DNA from: Camelus dromedarius
Lineage: Eukaryota
Length of the DNA stretch: 64,000 nt
NCBI RefSeq assembly: GCF_036321535.1
Contig: NC_087469.1
Span: 8,618,001-8,682,000, forward strand
Direction of reading: 5' to 3'
The notes under the pieces are model-generated. The model saw nothing but the letters and a program-made list of their open reading frames with translations, ran no database searches and was not told the DNA's origin. A program made the position numbers and the translations under genes. This document shows, in pieces, positions 35,932-47,195 of this stretch (position 1 is its first letter; the number at the start of each line of letters is the position of its first letter).

Positions 35932-36060
35932 CACTGGTTCTCAACCCTGTGCTCAGTGGGGTCACCTGGATACCTGGATACTGACTGAATTGGTCTGGGG
36001 CACGGCATGGGCATCCGGAGTTTTAAAAGCTCCCAGCGTGATTCTAAAGCCAAGCCACTT
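35932..36060 (+). mobile_element. MER5-like hAT-Charlie fossil
   Basis: cactggttctcaacc...gaattggtctgggg...ttttaaaagctcccagcgtgattcta. Confidence 0.7.
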
Positions 36061-36159
36061 AGCTAATGAAAAAGCTTTCATTCTCTCAGCTGATTCTTGT
36101 TTTCTCCTCCTCCTCTCCCTTTAATACCCTATTGTCGAGTCTTAAAACAATCTCCTGAG

Positions 36160-36300
36160 GTAGGCAGGGCAGGGAGCATTATTCCTGTGAGACTTAAGCA
36201 GCAGCCAGGCTTGAAATAGCTGAGAGACTTGCTCAAGGTCACACAGCTAATGCACAAGCGTGCTGAGATGGAGGCCTGGGTCCTGGCAGTGCCCAGCCTA
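36160..36300 (-). mobile_element. MIR fragment
   Basis: gagagacttgctcaaggtcacacagctaa. Confidence 0.7.
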
Positions 36301-37852
36301 GTTTGACCTCCCTGGCTCCAGTGGAAACCATGAGAGGGATCTGGACATTCAGGAAAGTAGACCTGCAACAGAATGCGGCTCATTTCTTGGCGGAGAGGGA
36401 GGAGAAGCCACCGGTCACCAAACAAGACCCAGCACCTGCCCCTTCACAGTGTGGCAGGCACCTCCTCTGCAGGGATCCTGGCCCCGGGCAGACAGGCTGG
36501 AGGATAGCCCAGGGCAAGGGGGTGGCTTCGATGCTGACTGACAGACAAGGGCACAATCTGTGGTCAGATAACTGTGCCCTGGAGAAAACTGGTAAAGAAT
36601 CTACAGTGGATCAGCCCATCCCAGGCTGTCCCTTGTTCACCTGGCTCAGAGATCTGTCCATCTGGGGAGAGTGACTTAGGTTCCTGGTGGATCTGTTTCC
36701 CCCTGGGAATGGGGACAGATGTGCCCTCCTGGGCTGCTGCGATGGGAAAACGAGAAAACAAAGGTGATAATGACACTGAAATGGAAAGAAGATGCTGCTC
36801 TGTGCCCTTCATCCTGGGGAAGAGCTGTTGGCCTCTGTCCCCTTTTCCTGCACCCCTGAGGCCCTATCACACCCTGAAGTCTGGGACGCCAGGGGAGCTG
36901 GCTAATCTACTTGTGACCCTCACTGTAAGAACTTCAGATCAGAGTGAGTTTCCTTCTTGAAGCTGGGGAAGATTTCATGGAACCAGACATGTATACAGGG
37001 GAGCAGGTGGACGGAAGTCCAATGACTTGAACCTGTGGGTCTTCAAAGTCATTTTTAGGGAGAGGTGGGGGAAGCTTCCCAGATGTCCCCCATTCTTGTT
37101 GAGACAATGTGGCTTGCTGGGTTATAAAGAAGGGAATACATCTGGGCAGTGGACCTCATTAAGCCTCAAGCAGGTACTTTTGGTGGCTGAAAAGGCAGCA
37201 TCTCTTTCCTGGAAGGAAATCCTCACCAATGGAATCTCCCATACATGAACTGGACCAGGTGAACAAGTAGCTGTTGGCTAAAGTGTCCTCATCAATGACC
37301 CTGTGGACATTGGTGAGTGTTCATTTACTGAGTATTACTCCCACAACCAAGGCTGGGAGCAGCACAGGGAGTCCTAGCAGAGCAGGAACATACAACTTCT
37401 TACTGGAAAGCTTCTGCTCACTTGGATGGAGCCAGGATCAGTGGCCAGCTCACAATCACCATTTTTACCTAATTCAGGTAGCCCTGAGACTGTCCCACTG
37501 CCAGTTTTTGTAGCTGTAGCCCATTTTTGGCCATTTGATGCTTGAAAATTCTTTACAAGCAGCCTTCTAGTGCTTACTCACATGCCTCTAGTGATGGGGT
37601 GCTCACTACCTACTAAGGCTTCCACTGAAATGCACTACCCATTGTCTTATTGGATGCGGACATGGCTTGGCATCACCAGCACCATGACCTTTGGGAGAGT
37701 TGGAGCTTGAGAAACTGAGCCCGCTGTTGGAGCTGACACATGGGCTCATCAATGTGGCCACAGCTGGTGGCCCAAGAATTTCAGTAATCTTGGGTAATCT
37801 TAGTGCTGACAAATAGTCCTCAAGTCCTCAATGGGAAGATCATACGGCCACT

Positions 37853-38245
37853 GGAGTATACGTTTGTTGCTTTCCATTACTGTATCGTATTTCATTGTAT
37901 AAATACAGAACAGTTTGTTTATTCTGTTGCTCATGGACATTTGTTCCAGTCTTGAGTGAATAGCTCTCCCATGAATGTAAATCACAAACATAAGGTGGAG
38001 CAAAAGAAGTCAGATCTCCCCAAAAGAATACACTTTGTAAAATTTGATGTTATGTTTTTTTCAAGGAGGAGGAAGTTAGTGAATGAAAGGAGAACATAAG
38101 GGGGCTCTGGGGTGCTGGTGATGTTTTATTTCTTGAGTTAAACAATGATTATACAGATATGTTTACTTCGTGAAAAATCATCAAGCCATACATCTATTAA
38201 CTATGTCCTTTGACACATGTATGTTATACTTTATTAAAATGTTTA
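37853..38245. mobile_element. L1MC-like element: inverted 5' part (about 37853-37970, minus) joined to sense 3' part (about 37971-38245, plus)
   Basis: Minus part translates INKLFCIYTMKYDTVMESNK, similar to the L1 ORF2 C-terminus; plus part cacaaacataaggtggagcaaaagaagtcaga...ggggtgctggtgatgttttatttcttga...tgtatgttatactttattaaaa. Confidence 0.8.
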
Positions 38246-38439
38246 TTTAAAAAATTTCAGCCCAACGATGATTACTCTTAAAATAATAGTACTATAATGA
38301 TTAGTGTTATGGGACTTTACAATTTCTTACTAAGGTACAATAGGTGAGAGGAACTCTACGGGACATACTGACACTTTCACAGAGTTACAGTGAAAAGTCC
38401 AGCAATTATAAAGATATCCTTATTCACCAAAAGTTGTTG

Positions 38440-38615
38440 ACTATTACTACATGTCAGCTGTTACTCCAAATGTTTTCTGTGTATTAATTAATTGACTCCT
38501 CTAGACAACCCTAGGTCAGTATTCCCATTTTGCAGAGAAGGAAATGGAAGCCCAGAGAGGTTAGGTAGGCACTGAAAGGTTGCACAGCTGATAAGTGGTA
38601 AAGCAGGGATTCTGG
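38440..38615 (-). mobile_element. MIR SINE
   Basis: attcccattttgcagagaaggaaatggaagcccagagaggtt. Confidence 0.8.
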
Positions 38616-41219
38616 AGTCTACTGGGGACACCTTCTGAGCTCCTGGATGCCTCAACTAAGGTACCCCCAGGCTAGGTCTGGGGAAGCTGGGTCAGGTTGG
38701 GAAGCCCTCCAGGTTCAGCTACTGGCCCAAGGGTTTCTGGCCAACTGAGAGGAAACCCACCCCCATGGTGTGGATGTTGTTGTATTTTTTAAAAGAAGTA
38801 AATAAGCCTCCTGATTTGCATGATATTTCACGCTGACTCTGCCTCTCAAACTGTTATTCCATCTACACATGGCACTGTGGGATGCCTGAGATATTTTATA
38901 AAGTTAATAACTTTCTCTTAATTGGATGAGTTTATAGAATAGTCTAAGCAATTAACAATAATTATGCCAAAGACGCTTCGATTCCAAGGATGCTCCACAA
39001 ACATTGGTGTATTAAAGCATTTAGGAAAAAAACAACAAGCTACAACACACTGTCACAAGACAACAGACAGGCACACGCACACAAGCTCACACACTCCCTG
39101 CAGTCCTGTGACCCAGAACAAGTCCCCATTTCCAGGCCACAGGATGATGGGGCTTTTCTGAGATGCTAGAAAAGAAATGGCTAGTGTCACATTTCAGTAC
39201 ACCTCGCCCCTCACTCCCTCCACCCCACCTAGCGAGGAAGAGGAGACGCAAAGCCAGGTCCTGCTGGCACTTGTTGAAGGACACACTGTCTCTCCATGCC
39301 CAGGTGACCAAGCAAGACAATGCCCCCGAGTGATTGGCAAAGACCCTTAACATACTAGGTCTGTAATAGTGTAATAGTCTCTCTTGCTCGCTCTCTCTCT
39401 CATGCTACCTTTGATCTCAACATTACCTTTTCCAGGACGACTTCTTATTCAAAAAGGACAATTGCCAAAGAACACAGAATTCAACCTTACTTGAATCAAA
39501 ATGTCGAGCTGCTCAGTATAGCCCCTTTCATACAGTTATAGACACGCAGGGCTGGAAGGGCCTTAATCTCATTCAGTGGTTGGATGGCTTCTCCAACACT
39601 CTACCAGGTGGATGTTCAATCTTTGTGGGAACGCCTCCACTGGTGGGGAGTTTGCTATCTTCTAAAGGCATCATTCCATTTCAAGATGGCTTTAATTATG
39701 AGGAAAAAATTCCATAAATGGACCTTAAATGTACCATTTTGGAACTTCCACCTGCTGGCTCCACTCTTTGGTGAATAAGTGAATTCCCTCTTCCATACGA
39801 CAGCTCTTCAGTTTCCCATCACCTATGAGTCGTGTTCCCCTGAACACCCCAAGTCTTCCCTCTGCAGGCTGGCGAGCCTCTGTTCTTATAACCTTTCCTA
39901 CCATTCCAAGCCAGCTTCCGAAACCCATCCATCTAAACAGCAAACAAATTCTAACCCTAAAACAAAATAGATCCCTAGGGTAAAATGTTCATGTGACCGT
40001 CATCCTCTCTTTTTCAGGTTTAATTTGCTCAAAAAAAGAAAAAAGAAAGAATCAGTCTTTGCCAGCAAATAGATGCTTGCATTTGGGCTGGGGAAAACGG
40101 GGGTGGGGTGGTGGGGTGGGGAGAGACATATCAATGGGGAAAAAGGGAGCACAGGCCTGAGAAGCAGGACTTTTTGCTGGTAAGGCTCCCTTAGGCAGCC
40201 CAAGACTGTCACCTGCAGGCATGCCCCTCAGCCCCCTCTTGGGATGGCCAAGTGCTACCACCACCCATGGAGAAGGGTGTCCCCAGGAAAACGAGACCCT
40301 CCATCCAGGGCTCCACTGTGTCTTTTGTGTACATCATCCCAGCACCAAGCCTGCCCCAAATCGCCTCACCCGGGGCTGGCTCAGAGAGCCAACTCCTGAC
40401 CCGTCCTCTCTGCCTTTCTCTCTGTCCCCTCCCCAGCTCCACTCTTGCTTTTATGTTTCTAGCTTGGGGGCACCCGTGCCAGCCCATCTGTTCAGTCCCA
40501 TATGCTCCCCGCAAGGACTGCCAAGTCAGGCCCGGTGCTCAGTGACTCTACTCCAGCCTGGGCGGCTGGTCTGAGGCCTCCTCTGCCCAACCGGGTCGCT
40601 TGGAAACAGCCTGGCTGCCGCATCAGGGCGGGGCCCCCACACGGTGGTGGTGTGGCAGGGCCATCCATGGCCATTGGCCTGGGACACCTGATGGGCAACC
40701 AGGCCACTTTCCTTGGGAGCTGCTCCTGGTTTAGGACCCAGGTCTTTGGAAAAGCACGAACGAACAAGACCCTCCCAAGCTGCAGAGTCCCACTCACTGT
40801 GAATGTGTAGACCACAGGGCGGAGATCCATTCCAGAAAAACGAAGATTTGGAGGATAACGGAAAAGATGTTTAATCTTTTTTTTGTGTGCCCTTTGCAAA
40901 TCTGTAGTTCCTTTTTAGCAAAAGAACTTAAAAGTGGATTGTGGATAACATATTTTGATTCCAAAATGTTCATGTTGGTATACTTACGGGGGTATAAATG
41001 AAGATTTGAAAAACATGGCTACATTTTGGGAAATGCAAGGTTTCTCTTATTTTATCTTCCTTTTTTGGGTAGTGAAGAAGCAGTCTATAGAAACATCTTT
41101 ATATGCTTTCACACATCCACAGCAGGTCATAGGTCTTAGGGTACCTAATTCTCTCGCCCCGTCTTCAGCAAATTCTTTTGACAGGGCACTCAAAGGCATG
41201 AAGTAGGGGAAATAATTTT

Positions 41220-41420
41220 TAAAACCTGAGTTCAGATTCTCACTCTTATATTTATTATCTTTGTGACCTTGGGCCACTTCCCTGAGCCTCAGTTTCCCAA
41301 TCATAACATGGGGATAATTATTCCAATGCCATACATGTGGTGAGATAATTTGTTAAAAACAATGTGGCAACATGCTTAGCACAGTGCTGAACTCCCTGGA
41401 AACAAGAAATCATTGCTGAA
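41220..41420 (+). mobile_element. MIR SINE
   Basis: tgtgaccttgggccacttccctgagcctcagtttccc...gcttagcacagtgc. Confidence 0.85.
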
Positions 41421-41708
41421 TAAAGATCAGCCTGGTCAATTACAGCCTTGTGACTCTGACGTCCTCAAATGTGAACAGTCCCCATAGTGTCCTAGCTCCC
41501 GCAGAACAGCAGGTAAAGCCTGGCTACCACTCTTAAAGTAGATGAGGAAGCAGCTCAGACCAGCAGATGTGGGGACATGATCCAGCTTCTCTGTACAAAC
41601 CAGAAGTAGGTCTGAATTTCATCAGCCACCAACAGCGGAGAACTAATAAATTGCTCTCTTTACCCCACCAGTACATGCACACACTGCCAGCTCCCACTCG
41701 CTCCCTTC

Positions 41709-41841
41709 NNNNNNNNNNNNNNNNNNNNNNNNNNNNNNNNNNNNNNNNNNNNNNNNNNNNNNNNNNNNNNNNNNNNNNNNNNNNNNNNNNNNNNNNNNNN
41801 NNNNNNNNNNNNNNNNNNNNNNNNNNNNNNNNNNNNNNNNN
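41709..41841. other. N run (133 nt)
   Basis: Counted directly. Confidence 0.99.
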
Positions 41842-42069
41842 ACACTGTGATTGAAATTAACTCCAGAGGGGGAGATTTCCAAGCCATTGCGCGGACAGGC
41901 TTGTCTGCTCGCCATCAGTTTGGACTCGGGCCTCCCCACTTTGCCACACCTCCTGCATGTCACAGAGGAAACACCCTTGCCCCTGAAAACCCATCTTACA
42001 ACCAAACAAGCAGGATGGGGGTGCCCACCCCACAGGGACAAGTGGAGACCAAATACACGGAGTTAAGAG

Positions 42070-42265
42070 TCAGTGTAGAAAGTTAGAAAGAGTGGACTTG
42101 GAGTCAGACAGATGAGTTCCAGTTCCATCTCTACCACTTGTTAGCTGTGTGATCTTGGGCAAATCACTAAGCCTCTCTGGGTCTCAGTTTCCTCAACAGC
42201 AAAATGGGTACAATAATAATGACTATATAGGGTGATTGTGAGAATTAAGGAGGATGATGCAAGGT
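42070..42265 (+). mobile_element. MIR SINE
   Basis: ggacttggagtcagacaga...tagctgtgtgatcttgggcaaatcactaagcctctctgggtctcagtttcctc. Confidence 0.9.
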
Positions 42266-42399
42266 CATCTGTTTGGCAGGTCAGCCATAGAGCCTGGGGC
42301 CAGAGAGGATCCTTTTTGTCCTTGACGCAACTTGATGGGGGCCTGGCCTTGACTGTAAAAAATGAATGTGCACCCCATTGGGGTCCACAGTGGAGTTTT

Positions 42400-42590
42400 G
42401 TATTAGACACTGTACTGGCCCCACCAAATGGCATGTGGAACCATGTTGGGGCACTTTTTTGATTGTTAACAACACCTATGGGTGCTGCTGGTATCAGTGA
42501 GTGGGGTCCAGGGACACCAAGTGTCCTGTAATCTGTGAGCCAGTGCGGCCCAAGGAAGAACAGTCTAGCCCCCAATGCCCTCAGTGTCCT
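42400..42590 (+). mobile_element. MER20/MER20B-like hAT-Charlie fossil
   Basis: ggggcacttttttgattgttaacaac...gctgctggtatcagtgagtggggtccaggga...gtcctgtaat...aaggaagaacagtctagcccc. Confidence 0.65.
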
Positions 42591-43219
42591 CTGTAGAACT
42601 ACTATTCATCTCTGGGCTACAGCAGCTTATGAGGCCCTCCTTCCCCTAAACCCACTATAGGAACGCTGGTCCCATGTCTTGGGCTCGGCCATGATGTCGG
42701 CAGAGAAAGCAACGACCCCCAGGAAGGCTCCCCAGGCACTGTGCGTCCAGCCCATGGGCAGCAGGGTTTCCCACATCTGCCACTTTGCCCCATTATCTGG
42801 AGCTAAGCCCTGGATACAAGGGAAAAGCTGGAGACCCCCACACCAGCTTCAGGTCAGAGGGTACAATCGCCCCTTGGGTGGTGTTAACACAGTCTGCTCC
42901 TGCTGAGCCCCTCCCCTCTTCTGGCATCAGACCTAGGCAAAGGGTCAGATCAAATAGCCATCTGCCCTCGAATCAGCCCAAGTGTTCTTGGTCCCCTGTG
43001 GACACCACGTGAAGCAAAGGGCTTGCCAGGGAGAGCTGCCCTTTCTTGAATGGATAGGACACTGATCAGTGAGTTTGGGCATCCAGGCTGCTGCCTTATT
43101 GCCTAATGGAGGTACCCCTCTTCTCTTAATCCAAGGTGTTTACGGTTTCTTGATTTGAGAATGAGGTGAGGTTAGACTGATTGGACATTAGCAAGTAGTT
43201 AAGTGTCCAGAGCCATTTT

Positions 43220-43757
43220 CATAAAAAAAGAATGAAACAATTCCATTTGCAGCAACATGGATGGACCTAGAGATGATCATACTCAGTGAAGTAAGTCAGA
43301 CAGAGAAAGACAAATATCATATGATATCACTTATATGTGAAATCTAAAAAATAAAAAGAAACAAATTTTATTTACAAACCAGAAATAGACTCACAGACAT
43401 AGAAAACAGACTATAGTTACCAAAGGGGAAAGGCAGGGGGATGAATTAAGAGTTTGGGATTAACAGATACACATTACTGTACATAAAATAGGCAAACAAC
43501 AAGGACATACTGTATAGCACAGGGAACTATATTTGATTTCTTGTAATAGGCTTACATGGAAAAGAATCTGAAAAAAAAAGTATGTATATGTAGAACTGAA
43601 CTGCTTTGCTGTACACCTGAAACTGACATTGTAAATCAATTACACATCAATAAAAAATAAAATTAAAAATAATTTTTAAATGCAAAAAATTATTCAGTAA
43701 TAATATAATACTTAATCTTAGTTAATAAACCAATTAAAATCAACCTTAAAAAAAAAA
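43220..43757 (+). mobile_element. 5'-truncated young L1 3' end with about 67 nt of extra AT-rich sequence before the poly(A), inside a decayed 19-bp TSD
   Basis: tttgcagcaacatggatggacctagagatg...gactcacagacatagaaaacagac...gtaaatcaattacacatcaataaaa; TSD candidates 43201-43219 and 43756-43774 (15/19 identical). Confidence 0.9.
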
Positions 43758-43799
43758 GAGTCCGGGGCTATTTTATTTATTCACTGTGCCATCCCATGT

Positions 43800-43910
43800 C
43801 CTCTTAAGCCTCAGTTTTCTCATCCATCAAGGGGGTGGGCAAGCTGCTGGTCCCATCACAGTGAGGCTCAGATGAGGCAGGGCACATAAAAGCTCTAAAG
43901 CTCTACACAG
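43800..43910 (+). mobile_element. MIR fragment
   Basis: taagcctcagtttctcatccatcaagggg...ctcagatgagg. Confidence 0.55.
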
Positions 43911-44894
43911 AAAAGTCCCCTCTTCGCAGGGGGTGCCTGTGTTCTCATCACCTTTCCTGGCACTCAATGCCCCTTGGTTTCCTGCAAACCTTGGGCCTGG
44001 ACTGGCCCACCATCCCTGGCCTGCTATCCCAAGAACTGTCCCCCACATCTTGCTCACCTGGGGCCTGGCAACAAGCAGCAGGCACACAGTAGGGCAAATC
44101 TCACAATACACTTCATGCTGCCTGCTACCTGCCCATGACCAGCACCCTAATTCCCTAGGAAGACAGACAGAGCAAAAGAAATCAGCCAGGCCCGTCGGCA
44201 GTGGTTCCTATGAGACTTTACATGCAGGAAGATGAGCTGACATTTATGGTGGGAAGTTTTATCTCTATGGTAAATAACCTCTAATGGTGTAGGTCATTAC
44301 ACTAATTACAGCAGATAATTAATTTTCTAATTCTTTTTTTTTTTTTTTTTTTTTTAGCTGGCCCCATATTACAAGAGAAACATAATTTATTCCGTTTCTT
44401 CCTGGGCAGATGACAGGGCACATCCCATCATCCTTCCCACCAGAACCTGAGATGGCAGGGAAAGGTTTCCTCTTCCAGCCTCTGGTCCATCAAGAGGCTC
44501 CCAGAGGTTGCAGGAGCTCCCCAGCCTTCCTCTCCCCCTTAAACGTAGTTCTCATGCAATAGCTCTTTCCTTGTCACCATCTGAGGATGATTTTCCTTAG
44601 ATCTGCCCAGTTTCCCTGAGGCCTTGGGCACATGGGCTGGTGCTTATCTTCAAAGCTTTGATTGAAGGCCTGTCTCACGCTCTTCCTGGTGGAGGACCTG
44701 GTAAAGCCGGCCCGTCGCTCACTACCCCCATCCCCATATGCACTCCCGCCTCTGAGCCACTGCATTCGTGTGCCCTACCATCTGGATGTCTAGACACCCC
44801 ATTCCTCTACAAAACCTGCCCAGGACCATGGCTTCACTCAGCTTTCAGCTCCATAACCACAACTCTTTGCAAGAACATATCTGTGCAGTGATCA

Positions 44895-45055
44895 GCAGGG
44901 AACTCAGGGAGTTCCTGCACCAGGCACTTTGCATACATTATCTCATTAAATTTTTGAAGGCGGTTTCAACACCCTTATTTTGCAGCTGAGAAAACTGAGG
45001 CTCAAAGAAGTTAAGTGCCTCATCCAAGATCGCACACCTGAGGATGTGGCCAAGT
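44895..45055 (-). mobile_element. MIR SINE
   Basis: caggcactttgcatacattatctcatt...attttgcagctgagaaaactgaggctcaaagaagttaagtg. Confidence 0.9.
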
Positions 45056-45956
45056 TGGACGGGCATCTGGCCCGGAGCCCATGCTTGGTCTCCTGCTCCC
45101 CTGGCCCCGTTGTTGACACTCCTCTTTCCACCCTGGGCTCCTTGTGTCCCTCTCAGATCTCATGAGTGTTTGGTTTCCCAAACTCCTCCAGCTCTGGTCA
45201 AGACCACTCTTATTCCCCAAGGGGACCATGCACACTCCATTGTCCTGTGTTTCCCCAGAGACCATTGTGGGCCTGGGCACCGGGCGTTTCTCAGTCATTA
45301 TCCTGATATGTTAAAGGGATTTATGTTTGATAAAACCTGCTCATCACATACTGCATTCGAACCTCAGAGCATTCCCGTGAGGGGGACATCCGCACGTCAT
45401 TATTCCGATTCCAAAGATGAGAGCCTGAGTTGCCCAGCGTGACTCAGCTGGGTAGACATACAGACAGAACTAGAATCAGATCTGCCCCTCATCCAGGGAT
45501 ATCCCTACCACCACATCAGCTTATAGAATTGAATAAAGGATGCCATGAAGCCTTCTGCCTACTGTCCCCAAACCCACAGGGGCATCCCCTGCACATGGCC
45601 CCTCTCCAGGGTGAGAGAGCAGACATCCCCATGTCCTCTGAGCTGTGGAGGGAGCAGTAGGAGCCCGTGTCCCAGGCAGCCCTGCCTTCCCTGTGCAGCT
45701 TCCTGGTACAGTTAGAACCACTGGTTTTAGAGCAAGACAAGGCTCTCCATCTCAGCACACCCTGTGCCTCCTGGATTTTGCCCTCCTAAGGCTTTATTTG
45801 TCACTACTGCACTGCCGGCCCCTCAACCTGGGTCCAGCCCCAGCCTCTCCCCTGAGCTCTAGCCTGCCCCTCAGACACATGTCCCCTGCCATCTCTCCCC
45901 CACCCCACACAGCTCCTCCTCCAGACTTCACTCATTCCTTCAAAAATTCCTTATTG

Positions 45957-46453
45957 ACTCAAAGAGATACTTGTACACTCACATTCATGGCAGCATTATT
46001 CACAATGGCCAAAAGATGGAAGCAACCCAAGTGTCCACTGACACTTGGATAAACAGAATATGGTATATAAATATAACGGAATATTATTCAGCCTTAAAAA
46101 GGAAAAATTTCTGACCACATGCTGTAACATAGATGAGCCTTGAAGACACTATGCTAAGTGATATAAGTCACAAAAGAACGACTATTACACGATTTCACTT
46201 ACATGAGGAGCCTAGGGTAGTCAAATTCATGGAGACAGAAGGTAGAATGGTGGTTCCCAGGGGCTGGGAGGAGGGGGAATGGGGAGTTACTGTATAAAGG
46301 GTACAGAGTTGCAGTTTGGGATGATGAGAAAGTTCTGGGGTGGAAGATGGTGAGGTGATGGTTGCACAAAAAGGTGAATATAATTAATGCCACAAAACTA
46401 CACTTTGGTTAAAATGGTGAATTTTATGTAATGCATATTTTACCACTAACTTT
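45957..46453 (+). mobile_element. L1MB-like 3' end inserted into an L2 tail
   Basis: Translates [18 protein letters not shown] (L1 ORF2 C-terminus); continues tgtaacatagatgagccttgaagacactatgctaagtga...gttgcagtttgggatgatgagaaagttctgg...ggttaaaatggtgaattttatg. Confidence 0.9.
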
Positions 46454-46459
46454 AAAAAG

Positions 46460-46930
46460 CTTTATTGTGTGACTTTAATGTGCCAGGCACTGGTCTAGGT
46501 TGTGGGGACCTGGCCGTGAAGAAAATAGAGGGAAAAAAATTCCTGCCTTCGTGAAGCTTACATTCTATTTGGGGCAGAGAGACAATAAACGTACAAGGAA
46601 ATTGATATTGTAGGCCCAGTGGTTGATGAGTGTTGGGAAGAGAAACAAGTGGGGCAAAGAGGGAAGGACAAGGACATGGGGGTTGCTATTTCACACAGTG
46701 GGTCAGGGAAGGCCTCTGCTGTAAGGTGACACTGGGGCACACACTCAAAGGCAGGATGGAGGGGGCCACATGGGTGGCTGGGAGGAAGGTGCTCCTGATG
46801 GGAAACCAGCAGGTGCAAGGGCCCTGAGGCCAGGGCCGGTGTGACCAGAGCAGAGTGAGCCAGGGTGAGAGAGGGCTGGAGCCAGATGGTTGAAGGCTTG
46901 TAGACCGGACTTCGGATTTTATTAGCATGA
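46460..46930 (-). mobile_element. L2 LINE 3' fragment; extreme tail at about 45929-45956 on the other side of the L1
   Basis: atgtgccaggcactggtctagg...cctgccttcgtgaagcttacattcta...gtcagggaaggcctct...aaggtgacac. Confidence 0.85.
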
Positions 46931-46994
46931 ACTTCGTGTTGGTGTTTCATAGAACTGTCACTTTCCCTGTCAGTTGGGTTTCAGACTTGGATAA

Positions 46995-47195
46995 TGTAGC
47001 TGTCATGATTCAGAGCTTGGACTCTGGAGCCAGGAGGCCTGGACTCACATTCCAGCCCCCACTTCTCAGAAGCATAGCCTTGAGCAAGATACTGACCATC
47101 TCAGGCTTTTTTTCCCCCACCTGTAAAATGGGGATGATGATGACAATGCCTCCTGCGTGTAGTAAGCACTCAATTAGCATCAGCGTTTTACTATT
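46995..47195 (+). mobile_element. MIR SINE
   Basis: cttggactctggagccagg...ccttgagcaagatact...cacctgtaaaatgggg...taagcactcaat. Confidence 0.8.

Noticed and set aside
45645-46052. ORF ending [18 protein letters not shown]
   Set aside because: The similarity is to the L1 ORF2 C-terminus in a dead, truncated L1, not a host gene.
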